From an uncultured Nitrospinota bacterium (GTDB lineage Bacteria; Tectomicrobia; Entotheonellia; J063; CAVPRW01): a stretch of DNA of 64,000 nt. How positions within the stretch are numbered: position 1 is the stretch's first letter; every line of letters begins with the position of its first letter. The stretch lies in the NCBI GenBank assembly GCA_963707985.1, contig CAVPRW010000002.1, positions 1-64,000 of the forward strand, read 5' to 3'. The notes beneath the pieces were generated by a model. That model had not been told where the DNA came from and made no database searches. It worked only from the letters and a program-made list of their open reading frames with translations. Below are positions 63,453 through 64,000 of the stretch, piece by piece. Position numbers and translations under genes: made by a program.

Positions 63453-64000
63453 CTAGGGGGCCACATTTCGAATCTCCGCTGCATACCGTGGCTCCGTTGT
63501 GCCCCCATCGTCATCGTTTTGTGCCCCTGCTCGTTGATGGCTGTCTTCGGCTTTTGCCGCTCGCCCCTTGCTAATCCGATATTCGAGTGATCCTACCGCC
63601 GCGAGAATAAGCAGCGTCAGCAACGTACTCAGCAACGCTACCCCCAGACTACCCAACCCGACAGCCACGCCGACGGCGGCCGTCATCCAAATGCCAGCCG
63701 CGGTGGTCAACCCCTGAATGTCGCGTTCTTCATTCAACTTGAGGATGGAACCGGCTCCAATAAAACCGATGCCAGTGGCAATCCCCTGAATAACTCGCGA
63801 GACACCCTCGGAAGACATACCCACACCAGAGCATGCTAACACGAAGACGGTCGTGCCGAGGGAGACTAGGATATGCGTGCGCAAGCCCGCTGGTTTACCC
63901 GCTCTCTCCCGCTCAATTCCCACAACCGCACCCAGCAGCGTGGCAACTATCAGCCGGATCATGACACGCACCAACTGCCTCGTATCGGGCAGCCCGGAAG
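63453..64000 (-). CDS. MgtC/SapB family membrane protein (5' end beyond or at the window edge)
   Basis: GIERERAGKPAGLRTHILV, RVIQGIATGIGFIGAGSIL, GLTTAAGIW.TAAVG. Confidence 0.92.
   Translation of the reverse strand, partial: SGLPDTRQLVRVMIRLIVATLLGAVVGIERERAGKPAGLRTHILVSLGTTVFVLACSGVGMSSEGVSRVIQGIATGIGFIGAGSILKLNEERDIQGLTTAAGIWMTAAVGVAVGLGSLGVALLSTLLTLLILAAVGSLEYRISKGRAAKAEDSHQRAGAQNDDDGGTTEPRYAAEIRNVAP

Overview
GC-rich bacterial accessory region with no rRNA, tRNA or CRISPR array detected by eye. The gene content (expanded Tat-exported family-5 ABC substrate-binding proteins, LLM oxidoreductases, class-III cyclase/AAA-ATPase/TPR proteins) resembles Candidatus Tectomicrobia/Entotheonella-like genomes; that assignment is inference only. 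Many genes carry single-base frameshifts, which may be long-read errors, and several loci are real deletion remnants. Main points of interest: (1) a glycine/sarcosine/betaine-reductase selenoprotein A (grdA, CFVU motif, in-frame UGA followed by a SECIS-like hairpin) that the ORF track splits, heading a non-canonical operon with no other grd genes in the window; (2) a two-gene operon of an alpha/beta-hydrolase lipase-CHAT (caspase-like) fusion plus an 81-aa helical partner, a candidate protease-gated effector or defence system; (3) a cytoplasmic subtilase, a dUTPase-fold/DUF6065-like gene and a stand-alone propeptide-like (I9-like) inhibitor gene; (4) an MNT-HEPN toxin-antitoxin pair bracketed by two copies of a cyclase-TPR gene 3' end, inside a repeated cyclase-TPR > SBP-A > SBP-B unit; (5) a CheB/CheR/PAS hybrid whose kinase module has lost its phospho-His.
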